A stretch of DNA of 64,000 nt from Mobula hypostoma (GCF_963921235.1 NC_086097.1:156490001-156554000), one strand, 5' to 3'; numbered from the stretch's first letter, positions 1-11,974 are shown. Notes: a model not told the origin generated them from the letters alone. Numbers and translations are program-made.

Positions 1-113
1 TTTTCTTATTCTCTATCTTGCATTACCTTCAAAAATTTGCCACTTCCAAATTGAAATCTATTTCTGACCACACCCACCCTGTTACAGAATCTCTAACTTG
101 CCTTTCTTTTCAG

Positions 114-127
114 TTTATGAAGAACTA
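114..127 (+). other. Candidate 14-nt microexon of an unidentified host gene
   Basis: CTCTAAC branch point, then ttgcctttcttttcAG | TTTATGAAGAACTA | GTAAGT. Consensus acceptor and donor in non-repeat sequence. Reads x-YEEL (phase 1 to 0) or FMKN. Confidence 0.55.
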
Positions 128-334
128 GTAAGTGCAAAACATTTTCTGTCTAATTAGCAATGCTTGACACATTGGACTTTTACGTTGTTAAGTTTGTGTT
201 ATACATTTGAATTTGCAGCAACAATTCACCAAGTTTACTTACAATTGTCATGAAGAATAAACTAAGTTTGCCTACGCAGAAGGTTGTAGTGTTTTGCTTC
301 ACCAAATGATGGCAAATAAGAAGATGAAAAAGGG

Positions 335-2050
335 GAATTAATATTGGGTAATATGAACATGGCCAAGGCCTTGAGCAACTATTTTGTGTCGGGCTTCACA
401 GCCAACATGCCTGAAAGAGATGGTATGGATGTGATGACAGATGAGGATCTTGTTACAATTGTTGTTACCGAAGAGGAGCTGATGAGCAAACTAATGGCAT
501 AAAGGTAAACGAGTTCCCTGGTGCTGATGAGATGCATTCCAGGGTACTGAAAGAAATGGCGGAAGCTATAGCAGAAGCACCTGTGGTAATTTAACAAAAA
601 TTCTCTGGACTCTGGGCAGGCCCTGGTGGATTGGAAGACAGCGAATGTCAAATAACTGTATTAAAAAAAAAGAATGTAGTCAAAAGACAGGAAACTATAG
701 GCTAGTTAGTTTAAAGTCTTCAGTCAGGAAAATGTTTGAAGCTATCCTTAAGAAAGAATTAGTGAGGTATCGGGATATAAGTGGTCCCATCAGCAGATAT
801 GGCATGAGTTCATGAAGAGCAGGTCCTGCTTGATAAAATTACTGGTGTTCTTTGAGAATTTGATGTGTGCATTGGAGAGATGTGAATGGGTGGATTTCAT
901 AGATTCAGATTTTCAGAAAGCATTTAATAAGTTGTCATATAGAAAGGCATCCATAAGATAAGGGTGCATCGTGTTGGGGTAATGTATTCGCATGGATATA
1001 AGGTTTGCTAACCAATAGAAAACAGAGGTTTGAGATACATGTATGGTTGGCAATCAGAGGTGCATGGGGTGCTGCAGGGGCTGGTGCTGGGCCTGCACCT
1101 TTTCATGAGATACATTGTCGATTGGAAGATGCAACATCGTATGGACTACCTAAGTTTGCTAAGTACACTAAAGTGAATGGAAAAGCAAATTGCATAGAGG
1201 ACGTGGAGAGTCTGCAGAAAATTATAGATAGGGCGGTATCTGGGAGATGGAGTACAACACAGGTAAATGTGCAGTAACCCACAATGGAAGGAAAAATAAA
1301 ATGTAAAATTATTATTTAAATTGTAAAAGATTGCAGCATGCTTTTGCACAGAGGGATTTGAAAGTATTTGTGCATGAATCACAAGAAGTTAGTTTGCAAG
1401 TGCAACAGGTTATCAGGAAGGCAAATGGAATGTTGACCTTCATTGCTAGAAGGATTGAATTTAAGAGTGGGAAGATAGTGCAGATGAGAATGCATCTGGA
1501 TTACCGGTTGCAGTTCTGTTCTCCTTAACTGAAGAATAATTACATGCTTTGGAGTCAGTGCGGAAGAGGTTTACCAGGTTAGTTCTGGAAATGCAGAGGT
1601 TACTCTATGAAAAGCAATTGAGTCGCCTGGGACTATACTTGCTGGAATTCAGAAGAATGAGAGGGGATCCTCTAGAAACATATAAAATTATGAAATTGTT
1701 AGCTAAGACAGAGGCAGAAGAGTTCTTTCCAATGGCAAGTGAGATTGGAACAAGCGGACATACTGTAGTCTCAAGATTTGTGGTAATGCTTTTAGGATGG
1801 AGATGAGGAGAAACTTCTTTTCCTAGAGAGTAGTGAATCTATGAAATCCTCTGTCTAGAAAGCAGTAGCGGCTACCTCATTAAACATATTAAAAGCACAG
1901 TTTGATACAGTTTGATTTTTGCGCAGCAGGAGAATTAAGGGCTATGATAAAAGGCAGGTAGGTGCGGCTGACTCTACAGCCAAAACATCCATCCATGATC
2001 TTATTGGATGGCAGAGCAGCTCCTGGGACAGGTGGCCTATTCCTATTTAT
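335..2050 (+). mobile_element. Old degenerate CR1-clade LINE (RT and 3' region)
   Basis: Fragmented ORFs with CR1 motifs (KANGMLTFIARRIEFKS, RKRFTRLV, LGLYLLEFRRMRGDPLETYKI), with many stops and frameshifts. Boundaries approximate. Confidence 0.85.
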
Positions 2051-2384
2051 TACATAAGAGCTTTGATCCTAAATGAGACCCAAATTAATACTCTTCTTTA
2101 ACATTTCCTCTGCAACGTGGACAAGTAGAAATATTTTGTTGGCAGAGGCCAAGCACTGGCTTCCTATTATTGATTTCCAATAATGTTTATATTTCTGCCA
2201 ATTCTATGCCATTTATATTACAACTCTGCCTATGTACACAATGCCAAACCATTAAATAAGGCAAAACACCCGCCAAAACAGAGGCAAAGGCCTACCCGTT
2301 TTCATTCTGTTTGTTGGCATACTGATTCTCTAGACCACCTATAAAGACATATCTAGTTTCTTTACTCATCCTTGACACAAGAAG

Positions 2385-2772
2385 ACCCAAGGAGAGGAAA
2401 CCTGATAGAGGAGTATAAGATTATGAGAGGTATTGATCATGTGGATAGCCAGAGGCTTTTCCCCAGGGCTGAAGTGGCTAACACGAGGGTGCACAGTTTT
2501 AGGGTGCTTGGAAATAGGTACCTAGGGGGTGTCAGAGGAATGTTTTTCACACAGGGAATGATGGGTGCATGGAATGCACTGCCGGTGAAGGTGGTAGAGG
2601 CGGATACAATAGGGTTTTTAATAGACTCCTAGATAGGTACTTGGAGCTTAGAAAAATAGAGGGTTATGCATTAGGGAAATTCTAGGCAGTTTCTAGAGTA
2701 GATTACATGGTCAGCACAACATTGTGGGCTGAAGGGCTTGTAATGTGCTGTAGATCTCTATGTTTCTATGTT
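2385..2772 (+). mobile_element. CR1 3' fragment
   Basis: RGNLIEEYKIMRGID..LFPR..FFTQ..WNALP motif. 3' UTR ends in the (TTTCTATG)n-type tail. Confidence 0.9.
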
Positions 2773-3084
2773 TTCAAGACTCAAAACCAGAATATGTCCA
2801 ATCCTGCAATATTGTTGTGGTGAACTACAGCCCACAGATCAAATAGACCAGATGGTAATGCCAAAGCAAAATACTGCAGTATATCTCAAATGAAAAAGCA
2901 GAAAAAGTTGTAAATACTCTATACATCAGGCAGCATATTCAGATGTTTTAATGTTTCAGATGTACAGAACAGCACACCAGTGAACGCTGCTGCCTCACGG
3001 CTATAGAAGCTTGCTTACAGATGCTCTCCCAGTGGTGTTTGCATATTCTTCCTGTGTCTGCATAGTTTTCCAATGAGTGACACA

Positions 3085-3320
3085 AAAAGGTAGGAGAAAG
3101 TCAGCAGGTCAGGCAGCAGCTGTGGCAGGAAATGGACAGTCAACATTTTGAGTCCAGGCTCATCATTTGGTCTGCTGAATGCCCCAGATGAAAGGATCCA
3201 GTCCTGACGAAGGGTCTTGGCTCAAAACGTCAATTGTTCCTTTCACTTCATAGATAATGCCTGATCTGCTGAGTTCCTCCAGCAATTCTTTTGTTTGCTG
3301 CTCCAGATTTACAACATCAG
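3085..3320. mobile_element. Palindromic element made of two inverted Penelope 3' tails, with degenerate hammerhead motifs
   Basis: A - strand tail copy (about 3090-3170) faces a + strand copy containing AGTC-CTGACGA-AGGGTCTTGGCTC-AAAACGTC (3200-3231; GAAA mutated). Confidence 0.6.
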
Positions 3321-3472
3321 AATCAAAATCAGAATCAGACTGTCATAGGTCATGAGGTTTGTTGTTATGCGGAAGCAGTACATTGCTGTACATAATAATA
3401 GATGTGTAAATTACAGAATATACATGTATATTTAAAAAGTTAAACTAAATAAGTAGTGCAAAAACAGAAAAA

Positions 3473-4132
3473 CTCTCCAGGAGGAGGGAGGAGAAGATGG
3501 CGGCGCGACGCAGCTCGCAGCGGCCACTGCACTGGTGACGTCTGTTATTTGTCAAGTAGGGTGCCGTGCACAATTCTGATTTGATGGAGACGGACGTGAG
3601 AGCACGAAGGAACATCTGGTGAAACCTGCTGCTCCTGTGTGGTCCAGAATCTCCGGAGGGGAAGGCCCCGAGTCCTCGGCTTTGCGTGTTGCTTGGCAGC
3701 CGGGGTGGGGTCAAAGTGCTTGGTAGAGGATGGTGCTCGGAGAATCTGTGTCGGGGGTTCAAAGTTTTCAGATGGACTCAGGGTCCGCTGCGGTCAGGGT
3801 GCTTCCAATGGTGCTGCATCGGCAAGTTGGCGGCGCTTGGAGGTTCATGGCAGGGAGAGTTCCTCCCTTCTGCCGCCTGCGTGAGATGATGAGGATATCG
3901 GGACTTTGAGACTTTTTTTTTACCGTGCCCATGGTCTGCTCTTTATCAAATTATGGTATTGCTTTGCACTGTTGTAACTATATGTTATAATTATGTGGTT
4001 TTGTCAGTTTTAGTCTTGGATTGTCCTGTGTTTCTTGTGATATCATTCTGGAGGAACATTGTATCATTTTTTAATGCATGCATTTCTAAATGACAATAAA
4101 CAAGGGCTGAGTGTCCTCATAATCTAATCTAA
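3473..4132 (+). mobile_element. Non-autonomous LINE-derived element with CpG-rich head (YY1-type motif) and (AATCT)n tail
   Basis: Starts GAGGAGGGAGGAGAAGATGGCGGCG and ends GACAATAAA...AATCTAATCTAA. Interrupts a Rex1-type 3' UTR (about 3320-4235, - strand) that resumes on the other side. Confidence 0.65.
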
Positions 4133-4574
4133 AAAACAGTAGTGTTCATGGGATCAATGTCCATTCACAAGTCTAAAAGCAGAAAGGGAAGAAGCTGTTC
4201 CTGAATTGTTGAGTGTGTGCTTTCAGGCTTTCTTATATCTTCTTTCTACAAAGCGATCCAGTTTTACCCAGCATTATAAAAGGCATGCTAATAGGTTAAT
4301 TGGTTAGTGCAAATGATCCCTTAGTGACAAAATAATCGGAGGGAATTAATGGGGTTGTGAAAGAGAATAAATTGTGGGTGGCAATGAAGTAAACAGGGAG
4401 ATATCGTACATGAAAGCTCAACACTTTGTAATAGCTTGTAGGATGTCAGAGGGACCTGAGATGAAATTATTCTTCACCACGGGAAGGATTAAAATATTAT
4501 ATGGATTAACTGTTCTTTATTAGCAACAATTAATCCTGCCAGCTACGATAGTGCAATTGATGTGTTGGAATGTA

Positions 4575-5710
4575 TCAGGTCAAGTTTGTTGTGATCTAAC
4601 CATATACAGTACATGTATACCGTCAAAGGAGACAATGTTTCTCTAAACCAGGATGTAAAGCACAGTAGTACACATAACACACACATAACGCACTTAGGAA
4701 AGTAAGAATCAAATCTACAAATAAAGTGCATTAATGAAATATGGTAAGGTACAGAACAAGTTAACCAGTGACACTTCGAATGTGATGTGGCAGGGAGTTC
4801 AAAGCCTAGTGGCCTGAGGGAAGAAACTGTTTCCCATCTTGACCATTCTTATCTTTTCTGTATGCACAGGGTCTCCTGCCTGATGGTAGAAAGTCAGGGA
4901 GGATGGTAGATGGATGGTTGGGATCCTTGATAATGCTAAGGGCCCTGCGTAAGTGGCACTCCTGATAAATGTAGCAGGTGGATATTAGGGAGACCCCTAC
5001 GATCCTCTGAGCCATTCTCACAGTCCTTTGTAAGGACTTCTAGTCTGAAGCTTGACTGCTTCCATACCAGAAAGAGATACAGCTTGTCAAGACGCTCTCA
5101 ATGGTGTTCTTGTAAAATTCAGTTACTATGTGGGGGTTGCGGGTGGGGCAGAGGAAGCCTCACTTTCCTCGATCTCCTTAGGAACTGGAGGCATTGCTGT
5201 GCCTCTTTATTCAGGGAGGCTATCTTGAGGGACCAGGTGAGGTTATCCATCATGTTAATTTCCTAGAACTTGGTGCACTAGAACGCTCTCTATGGAGGAA
5301 CCATATATGCACAGAGGGGATTGGTTTATCTGCACATTCCTAAAGTCCACAATCATTATCTTGGTCTTCTCCATATTCAGACTTCTCACACCAGTCCACG
5401 AGCCACTCCACTCCCTCAATGTACTCCAACTCGTCATTGTTGTTGATGAGGCTGACCACCGTTGTGTCATCCGCAAACTTGATGACATGGTTTGAGCTGG
5501 ATCCTGCGACACAGTCGTGCATCTGCAGTGTGAACAGTAGCAGGCTGAGCACACAGCCCTGGTGCCAGTGCTCAGCGTAAGGGGACGAGAGACATTGCTG
5601 TCCTTACGGACTGTCTGTGGCCTTTCTGTTAAGTCCAGAATCCAGTTTCAGAGGGAGGTGGTGAGACCCAGTGAGGACAGTTTTGCCACCATTTTTTGGG
5701 GTATGATGAA
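4575..5710 (-). mobile_element. Degenerate Rex1/Babar-type LINE, 3' half
   Basis: LLFTL.MHDCVA..SSNHVIKFADDTTVVSLI and IIKDPNHP...FLPSGRR motifs, with frameshifts. Confidence 0.85.
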
Positions 5711-6203
5711 CAAATTAATAAACAGTTTACAAAATAAATACACTTGTGGTTACTAGAATGAGTTACTATGGTAACAAAAGTTGATATGCATATAATTCAG
5801 ACGTTTCATCCCACTGAGTTAGTCTGAATTCATGCTTACTTTTGTCAAAATTGCAATTTTAGATATAAGTTGCCAATTTTTGGCTCCAAAATACATCTGT
5901 CATCAACCTGATCACAAACAAGAGAAAATCTGCAGATGCTGGAAATCCATGGAACACACACACAATGTTGGAGGAACTCAGCAGTCCAGTCAGCATCTAT
6001 GGAAAAGAGTACACAGTGGCGTACCTAAGGTATGGCAGGTATGGCATGTGCTCTGGGCACCACTGCGTAGCTTCTATTAAGGTCAGACAAACCATCCTCG
6101 GATAGTGAAAAAAGAATTTTCTTCAGATGTATGATCTGTCTTTGATTATCATGGATGAGAAGCACTAGGATGGCCTTATTTCAGAGCATTGTGTAAGAAG
6201 ACC

Positions 6204-6590
6204 ATGAAACATTTCTTCATGAAGAAGAAGAAAAGTGGAGCTGAAGGACGGAAGAGACGAAAGTTGGAGGCGGAGGAAGCCAAGAAATCGAGCAAGTTCT
6301 TCATGCCCTTCTTTGAAAAGGCCAGAACGAGTAGTTCGACACGTCCCATGGAGTCACATGCACCTGCTACAAGATTGTTAGAATCTGAAAGTGGATCACG
6401 TACAAATGCGTCACAAGCCAAGGAGGAAGTCAAGTCAGATGAATCCGAGTATAACGAGATTAAGAGTGAGGCTGCCACAGAGAACGTGGACGTGATAGGA
6501 GGGCAAGACAATGTTGGTGGTGGTGATGTTGAGTTTATTGAAAAGTTTATCACATTGACCGTACTCAAAAGAGGTTGCAGGATCCTAGCA
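6204..6590 (+). pseudogene. hAT transposase N-terminal remnant
   Basis: MKKKKSGAEGRKRRKLE basic N-terminus, common in hAT transposases. In another frame the end reads IDRTQKRLQDPS, which joins MKFHNAALDL after the CR1. Confidence 0.7.
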
Positions 6591-6592
6591 AT

Positions 6593-9500
6593 CCTTTAGA
6601 TTTTTGGATCATTGTGATCTCTTCTGGGGAAGGTGGAACCTGTACAGATTGGATGGGTTGCACCTAAACTCAAGGGGGAGCAATATCCCTGCAGGTAGGT
6701 TTGATAACATGGTTCGGGAGGGTTTAAACTAATTTGCAAGGGGGATGGGACCCGGAGCGATAGAGCAGTGATATTTTCTATGTTTCTATGTTTCTATGAA
6801 AGAAGTGCATGGAATAAAGCCAGATCTAACATACAGAGAGGCTTTGAGGAAAGAGAAGCAGAATAAATGGTGTAAAGGTAGTTTGGCAGAAGGGCTGAAG
6901 TGTGTGTACCTCAATGCAAGAAGCATCAGGAACAAAGGTGATGAACTGAGAGCTTGGATACATACATGGAATTATGATGTAGTGGCCATTACAGAGACTT
7001 GGCTGACACCAGGGCAGGAATGGATTCTCAATATTCCTGGATTTCAGTGCTTTAAAAGGGATAGAGAGGGGGGAAAAAGGGGAGGAGGGGTGGCATTACT
7101 GGTCAGGGATACTATTACAGCTACAGAAAGGGTGGGTAATATAGCAGGATCCTCTTTTGAGTCGGTGTGGGTGGAAGTCAGGAACAGGAAGGGAGCAGTT
7201 ACTCTATTGGGGGTATTCTATAGGCCCCCTGGTAGCAGCAGAGGTACAGAGGAGCAGATTGGGAGGCAGATTTTGGAAAGGAGCAAAAATAACAGGGTTG
7301 TTATCATGGGTGACTTTAACTTTCCTAATATTGATTGGCACCTGATTAGTTCCAAGGGTTTAGATGGGGCAGAGTTTGTTAAGTGCGTCCAGGATGGACT
7401 CCTGTCACAGTATGTGGACAGGCCGACTTGGGGGAATGCCATACTAGATCTAGTACTAGGTAATGAACCGGGTCAGGTCACAGATCTCTCAGTGGGTGAG
7501 CATCTGGGGGACAGTGACCACCGCTCCCTGGTCTTTAGCATTATCATGGAAAAGGATAGAATCAGAGAGGACAGGAAAATTTTTAATTGGGGAAAGGCAA
7601 ATTATGAGGCTATAAGGCTAGAACTTGCGGGTGTGAATTGGGATGATGGTTTTGCAGGGAAATATGCTATGGACATGTGGTCGATGTTCAGAGATCTCTT
7701 GCAGGACGTTAGGGATAAATTTGTCCCGGTGAGGAAGATAAAGAATGGTAGGGTGAAGGAACCACGGGTGACAAGTGAGGTGGAAAATCTAGTCAGGTGG
7801 AAGAAGGCAGCATACGTGAGATTTAGGAAGCAAGGATCAGATGGGTCTATTGAGGAATATAGGGAAGCAAGAAAGGAGCTTAAGAAGGGGCTGAGAAGAG
7901 CAAGAAGGGGGCATGAGAAGGCCTTAGCGAGTGGGGTAAAGGAAAACCCCAAGGCATTCTTCAATTATGTGAAGAAAAAAAGGATGACAGGAGTGAAGGT
8001 AGGACCAATTAGAGATAAAGGTGGGAAGATGTGCCTGGAGGCTGTGGAAGTGAGCGTGGTCCTCAATGAATACTTCTCTTCGGTATTCACCAATGGGAGG
8101 GAACTTGATGATGGTGAGGACAATATGAGTGAGGTTGATGTTCTGGAGCATATTGATATTAAGGGAAAGGAGGTGTTGGAGTTGTTAAAATACTTTAGGA
8201 CGGATAAGTTCCCGGGACCTGATGGAATATTCCCCAGGCTACTCCATGATGTGAGGGAAGAGATTGCTGAACCTCTGGCTAGGATCCTCATTGTCCACGG
8301 GAATAGTACCGGAGGATTGGAGGGAGTCAAATGTTGTCCCCTTGTTCAAAAAAGGTAGTAGGGATAGTCCGGGTAATTATAGACCAGTGAGCCTTACGTC
8401 TGTGGTGGGAAAGCTGTTGGAAAAGATTCTTAGAGATAGGATCTATGGGCATTTAGAGAATCATGGTCTGATCAGGGACAGTCAGCATGGTTTTGTGAAG
8501 GGCAGAATATGTCTAACAAGCCTGATAGAGTTCTTTGAGGAGGTGACCAGGCATACAGATGAGGGTAGTGCAGTGGATGTGATCTATATGGATTTTAGTA
8601 AGGCATTTGATAAGGTTCCACACGGTAGGCTTATTCAGAAAGTCAGAAGGCTTGGGATCCAGGGAAGTTTGACCAGGTGGATTCAGAATTGACTTGCCTG
8701 CAGAAGGCAGAGGGTCGTGGTGGAGGGAGTGCATTCGGATTGGAGGATTGTGACTAGTGGTGTCCCACAAGGATCTGTTCTGGGGCCTTTACTTTTTGTG
8801 ATTTTTATTAACGACCTGGATATTGGGGTAGAAGGGTGGGTTGGCAAGTTTGCAGATGACACAAAGGTTGGTGGTGTTGTAGATAGTGTAGAGGATTGTC
8901 AAAGATTGCAGAGAGACATTGATAGGATGCAGAAGTGGGCTGAGAAGTGGCAGATGGAGTTCAACCAAGAGAAGTGTGAGGTGGTACACTTTGGAAGGAC
9001 AAACTCCAAGGCAGAGTACAAAGTAAATGGCAGGATACTTGGTAGTGTGGAGGAGCAGAGGGATCTGGGGGTACATGTCCACAGTTCCCTGAAAGTTGCC
9101 TCACAGGTAGATAGGGTAGCTAAGAAAGCTTATGGAGTGTTAGCTTTCATAAGTCGAGGGATAGAGTTTAAGAGTCGCGATGTAATGATGCAGCTTTATA
9201 AAACTCTGGTTAGGCCACACTTGGAGTACTGTGTCCAGTTCTCGTCACCTCACTATATGAAGGATGTGGAAGCATTGGAAAGGGTACGAAGGAGATTTAC
9301 CAGGATGCTGCCTGGTTTAGAGAGTATGCATTACGATCAGAGATTTAGGGAGCTAGGACTTTACTCTTCGGAGAGAAGGAGGGTGAGAGGAGACATGATA
9401 GAGGTGTACAAGATAGTGAGAGGAATAGATAGAGTGGATAGCCAGCACCTTTTCCCCAGGGCACCACTGCTCAATACAAGAGGACATGGCTTTAAGGTAA

Positions 9501-9744
9501 GGGGTGGAAAGTTCAAGGGGGATATTAGAAGAAGGTTTTTTACTCAGAATGGTTGGTACATGGAATGCACTGCCTGAGTCAGTGGTGGAGGCAGATACAC
9601 TAGTGAAGTTTAAGAGACAACTAGACAGGTAAATGGAGGAATTTAAGCTGAGTGGTTATATGGGAGGCAGGGTTTGAGGGTCGGCACAACATTGTGGGCC
9701 GAAGGGCCTGTAATGTGCTGTACTCTTCTATGTTTCTATGTTTC
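6593..9744 (+). mobile_element. CR1 LINE, 5'-truncated in ORF1, with near-complete ORF2 (APE endonuclease plus RT)
   Basis: ORF1 esterase-like end (LDGLHLN). ORF2 motifs [46 protein letters not shown]. Tail TTCTATGTTTCTATG. Confidence 0.96.
6796..9577 (+). pseudogene. CR1 ORF2 (endonuclease/RT), disrupted
   Basis: Three ORF pieces (6796-8358, 8264-8692, 8717-9577) separated by a frameshift near 8290 and a stop at 8690. A further frameshift lies near 9550. Confidence 0.92.
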
Positions 9745-10504
9745 ATGAAGTTCCACAATGCTGCCCTGGATTTGCGAGACATCCAAGATCATTTTTATGA
9801 TGAAAGAGAAGTGTTGGTCAGTGACTCACTCGAACAAGGAGTCGGTCTCTGTCAAGAATGGAATATTGAAGTTGAAAGACGTTAGAGACGAAAGAAACAA
9901 ATGGCTGATGAGAACTCAAGAGATGCTGGGTTAACAGCTAAGGAGGAAATGGAAAGAGTCATGAAGGGAACACTCGACCGTCTTCACAGAGAAACGGATG
10001 AAAGGTTCGCTCGGTTGCATGACACCGACGCCGAGTTTGGGTTCCTTCTCGATGTTGAGGGACTGTGTTATAGCGCCGACAATAGCGACCTAAAGAAGAA
10101 GTGTGGAAATTTGGGGTGAATTGTACAGCTCTGATGTTGATGTACAGCAGCTATATGAAGAAATTTTGAATTGCAGAATGTTGCTGTCAAGGTGGGTCAA
10201 CATGAAAATATCAAGACTTGAAGATCTTCTTGAATTTATTGTTCAGTATGGAGATGAGAGCATCTTCCCCAATCTTTGTATTGCTACTCAGATAATGCTA
10301 ACCATCGTAATTTCCATCGCCAGCTGTGAGAGATCATTCAGCAAGTTAAAACTAATACTTTCGTATTTGAGAGCCTCCACGGGTCAAGGCATACTCTGTG
10401 ATCTTGCTCTGCTGAGTGTAGAAAGAGAAGAAACTGAAAAAACTGACTTTGATCACATCATAGACCAATTTGCATCAGTGAAAGCAAGGAAGTTGCAGTT
10501 ATAA
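9745..10504 (+). pseudogene. hAT transposase C-terminal remnant with hATC dimerisation domain
   Basis: IFPNLCIATQIMLTIVISIASCERSFSKLKLILSYLRAS..LALLSVERE is the canonical hATC motif. Stops and a frameshift are present. Confidence 0.92.
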
Positions 10505-11537
10505 TTTTCATGTAGTGCCATAATTTGTTAATTAAAAGATTAACGAGCTTGACTTGTATTTTTGAGCACATTTTATAGTAAAGTTATCTAAAAGATGGGT
10601 GTCAGATATTTGGACAGGGGTGCAATTTCAGTGCTTGCCATAGGCGCTATTTTCCGTAGATACGCCCCTGAGAGTACAGTCGATGTTTCGGGCCAAGACC
10701 CTTCAGCAGTACTGGAGAAAAAAAGATGAGGAGTAGAGTTATAAGGCAGGGAGAGGGGAGGGAAAAACATAAGGTGATAGGTGAAACTGGGAGGGGGAGG
10801 AATGAAGTACAGATCTCGGAAGTTGACTGTGGCCTCATCATAACAGTAGAGAAGGCTTCATTGCATCAGGTTGGAGGCTACCCAGACAGAATGTAAAGCA
10901 CTCATGATGAGGCCACACTTATGAAGGAACAACACCTTATATTCCATCTGGGTAGCCTCTAACCTGCTGGCATGAACATCGATTTCTTGAACTTCCGGTA
11001 AAGCCCCCCAACTTCTCCTTTACCATTCCCCATTCCCTTTTCCCTCTTTCACCTTATCTCCTTGCCTGCCTATCGCCTCTGTCTGGTGCTCCTTCACCTT
11101 TTCCTTCTTCCATGGCCTTCTGTCCTCTCCTATTAGATTCCCCCATTCTCCTGCCCTGTATCTCTTTCACCAATTAACTTCCCAGCTATATCTCAGAGCA
11201 TCACAGTTTTATGGTCTACCCAATTCAACTTCATTGAAAAAAGTTAGATGCACATAATTCAAAATTAGGACCTTGTGAGTAGCAGCTGACATGTTAACAC
11301 ACTGAGGAATCTGAACATGGCCAGTTGTGTCCAACCACCTACAGTACATAAATGGACTCACAAGTGGGGACTATAGATCTGAAATGTAGAGCAACACGCA
11401 AAGCACTGGAGGAAGTCAGCAGGGAAGTATATGTATTCTCATTGTTCTGCTTCAGAATGACCTAAAATAACCTCCATTTTTGTCAGGCCGACACTAGGGG
11501 ACCATCTCCTTTAAGTTCTCCTTTAGCGACCTCATTC

Positions 11538-11735
11538 ATGTGGCCAAGTGGTTAAGGCGTTCATCTAGTTATCTCAAGGTCGCTGGTTTGAGCCTCAGCT
11601 GTCGCAGCGTGTTTGTGCCCTTGAGCAAGGCACTTAATCACACATTGCTCTAGTCTGTGCGAGGAGTGGCGCCCCACACAGACTTCCAATATGCGCCTTG
11701 TAAGGCATGAAAATGCCCGACACAGGCCTCTCATT
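11538..11735 (+). mobile_element. tRNA-derived SINE
   Basis: A-box TGGCCAAGTGG and B-box-like GGTTTGAGCC, followed by the SINE body (GTGCCCTTGAGCAAGGCACTTAA). Confidence 0.75.
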
Positions 11736-11974
11736 GTTCCCCTCCCCCTCATTCAGAACAGCTCCCATATTCACTGATCTATTGTCCTGCCCTCATCTGA
11801 CTAACCACATAACCTGAATGTAGATGTTAAGACCTCTCTCACTAATTCAGTAACTGCCTGAACTCTTCGACCAATTGCATGCATACTTGATGTGAAGAAC
11901 AGGACATGAATCCATTTTTCTCCCCTCCTCATTGACAGCATGCCTTTGTTCTTTTGCCCTCCTGATTTGCATAT

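Larger units (their letters stand above)
6014..10670 (+). mobile_element. hAT DNA transposon, internally deleted (about 1.5 kb) and interrupted by a CR1
   Basis: Perfect 8-bp TSD AGAGTACA (6006-6013 and 10671-10678). Imperfect TIRs CAGTGGCGTACCTAAGG / CAGGGGCGTATCTACGG. Transposase remnants inside. Confidence 0.93.
5915..11190. mobile_element. Penelope-tail-derived element (5915-6013 plus 10671-11190), split by the hAT insertion, with internal inverted structure
   Basis: The tail sequence (..CAGCATCTATGGAAAAGAGTACA | GTCGATGTTTCGGGCCAAGACCC..) is continuous across the hAT. The GIY-YIG C-terminal end is present in both orientations at 10864-11000. Confidence 0.7.

Noticed and set aside
27..78. 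Possible - strand exon ending at a GTAATG donor
   Set aside because: There is no pyrimidine tract at the acceptor. The neighbouring + strand microexon signal is much stronger.
6189..6599. 136-aa ORF as a host (ZMYM-like) gene
   Set aside because: It lies inside the TIR/TSD-bounded hAT element and is a deleted transposase remnant.
11538..11610. Possible tRNA gene
   Set aside because: A and B boxes are present but there is no convincing cloverleaf, and it continues into a SINE body.
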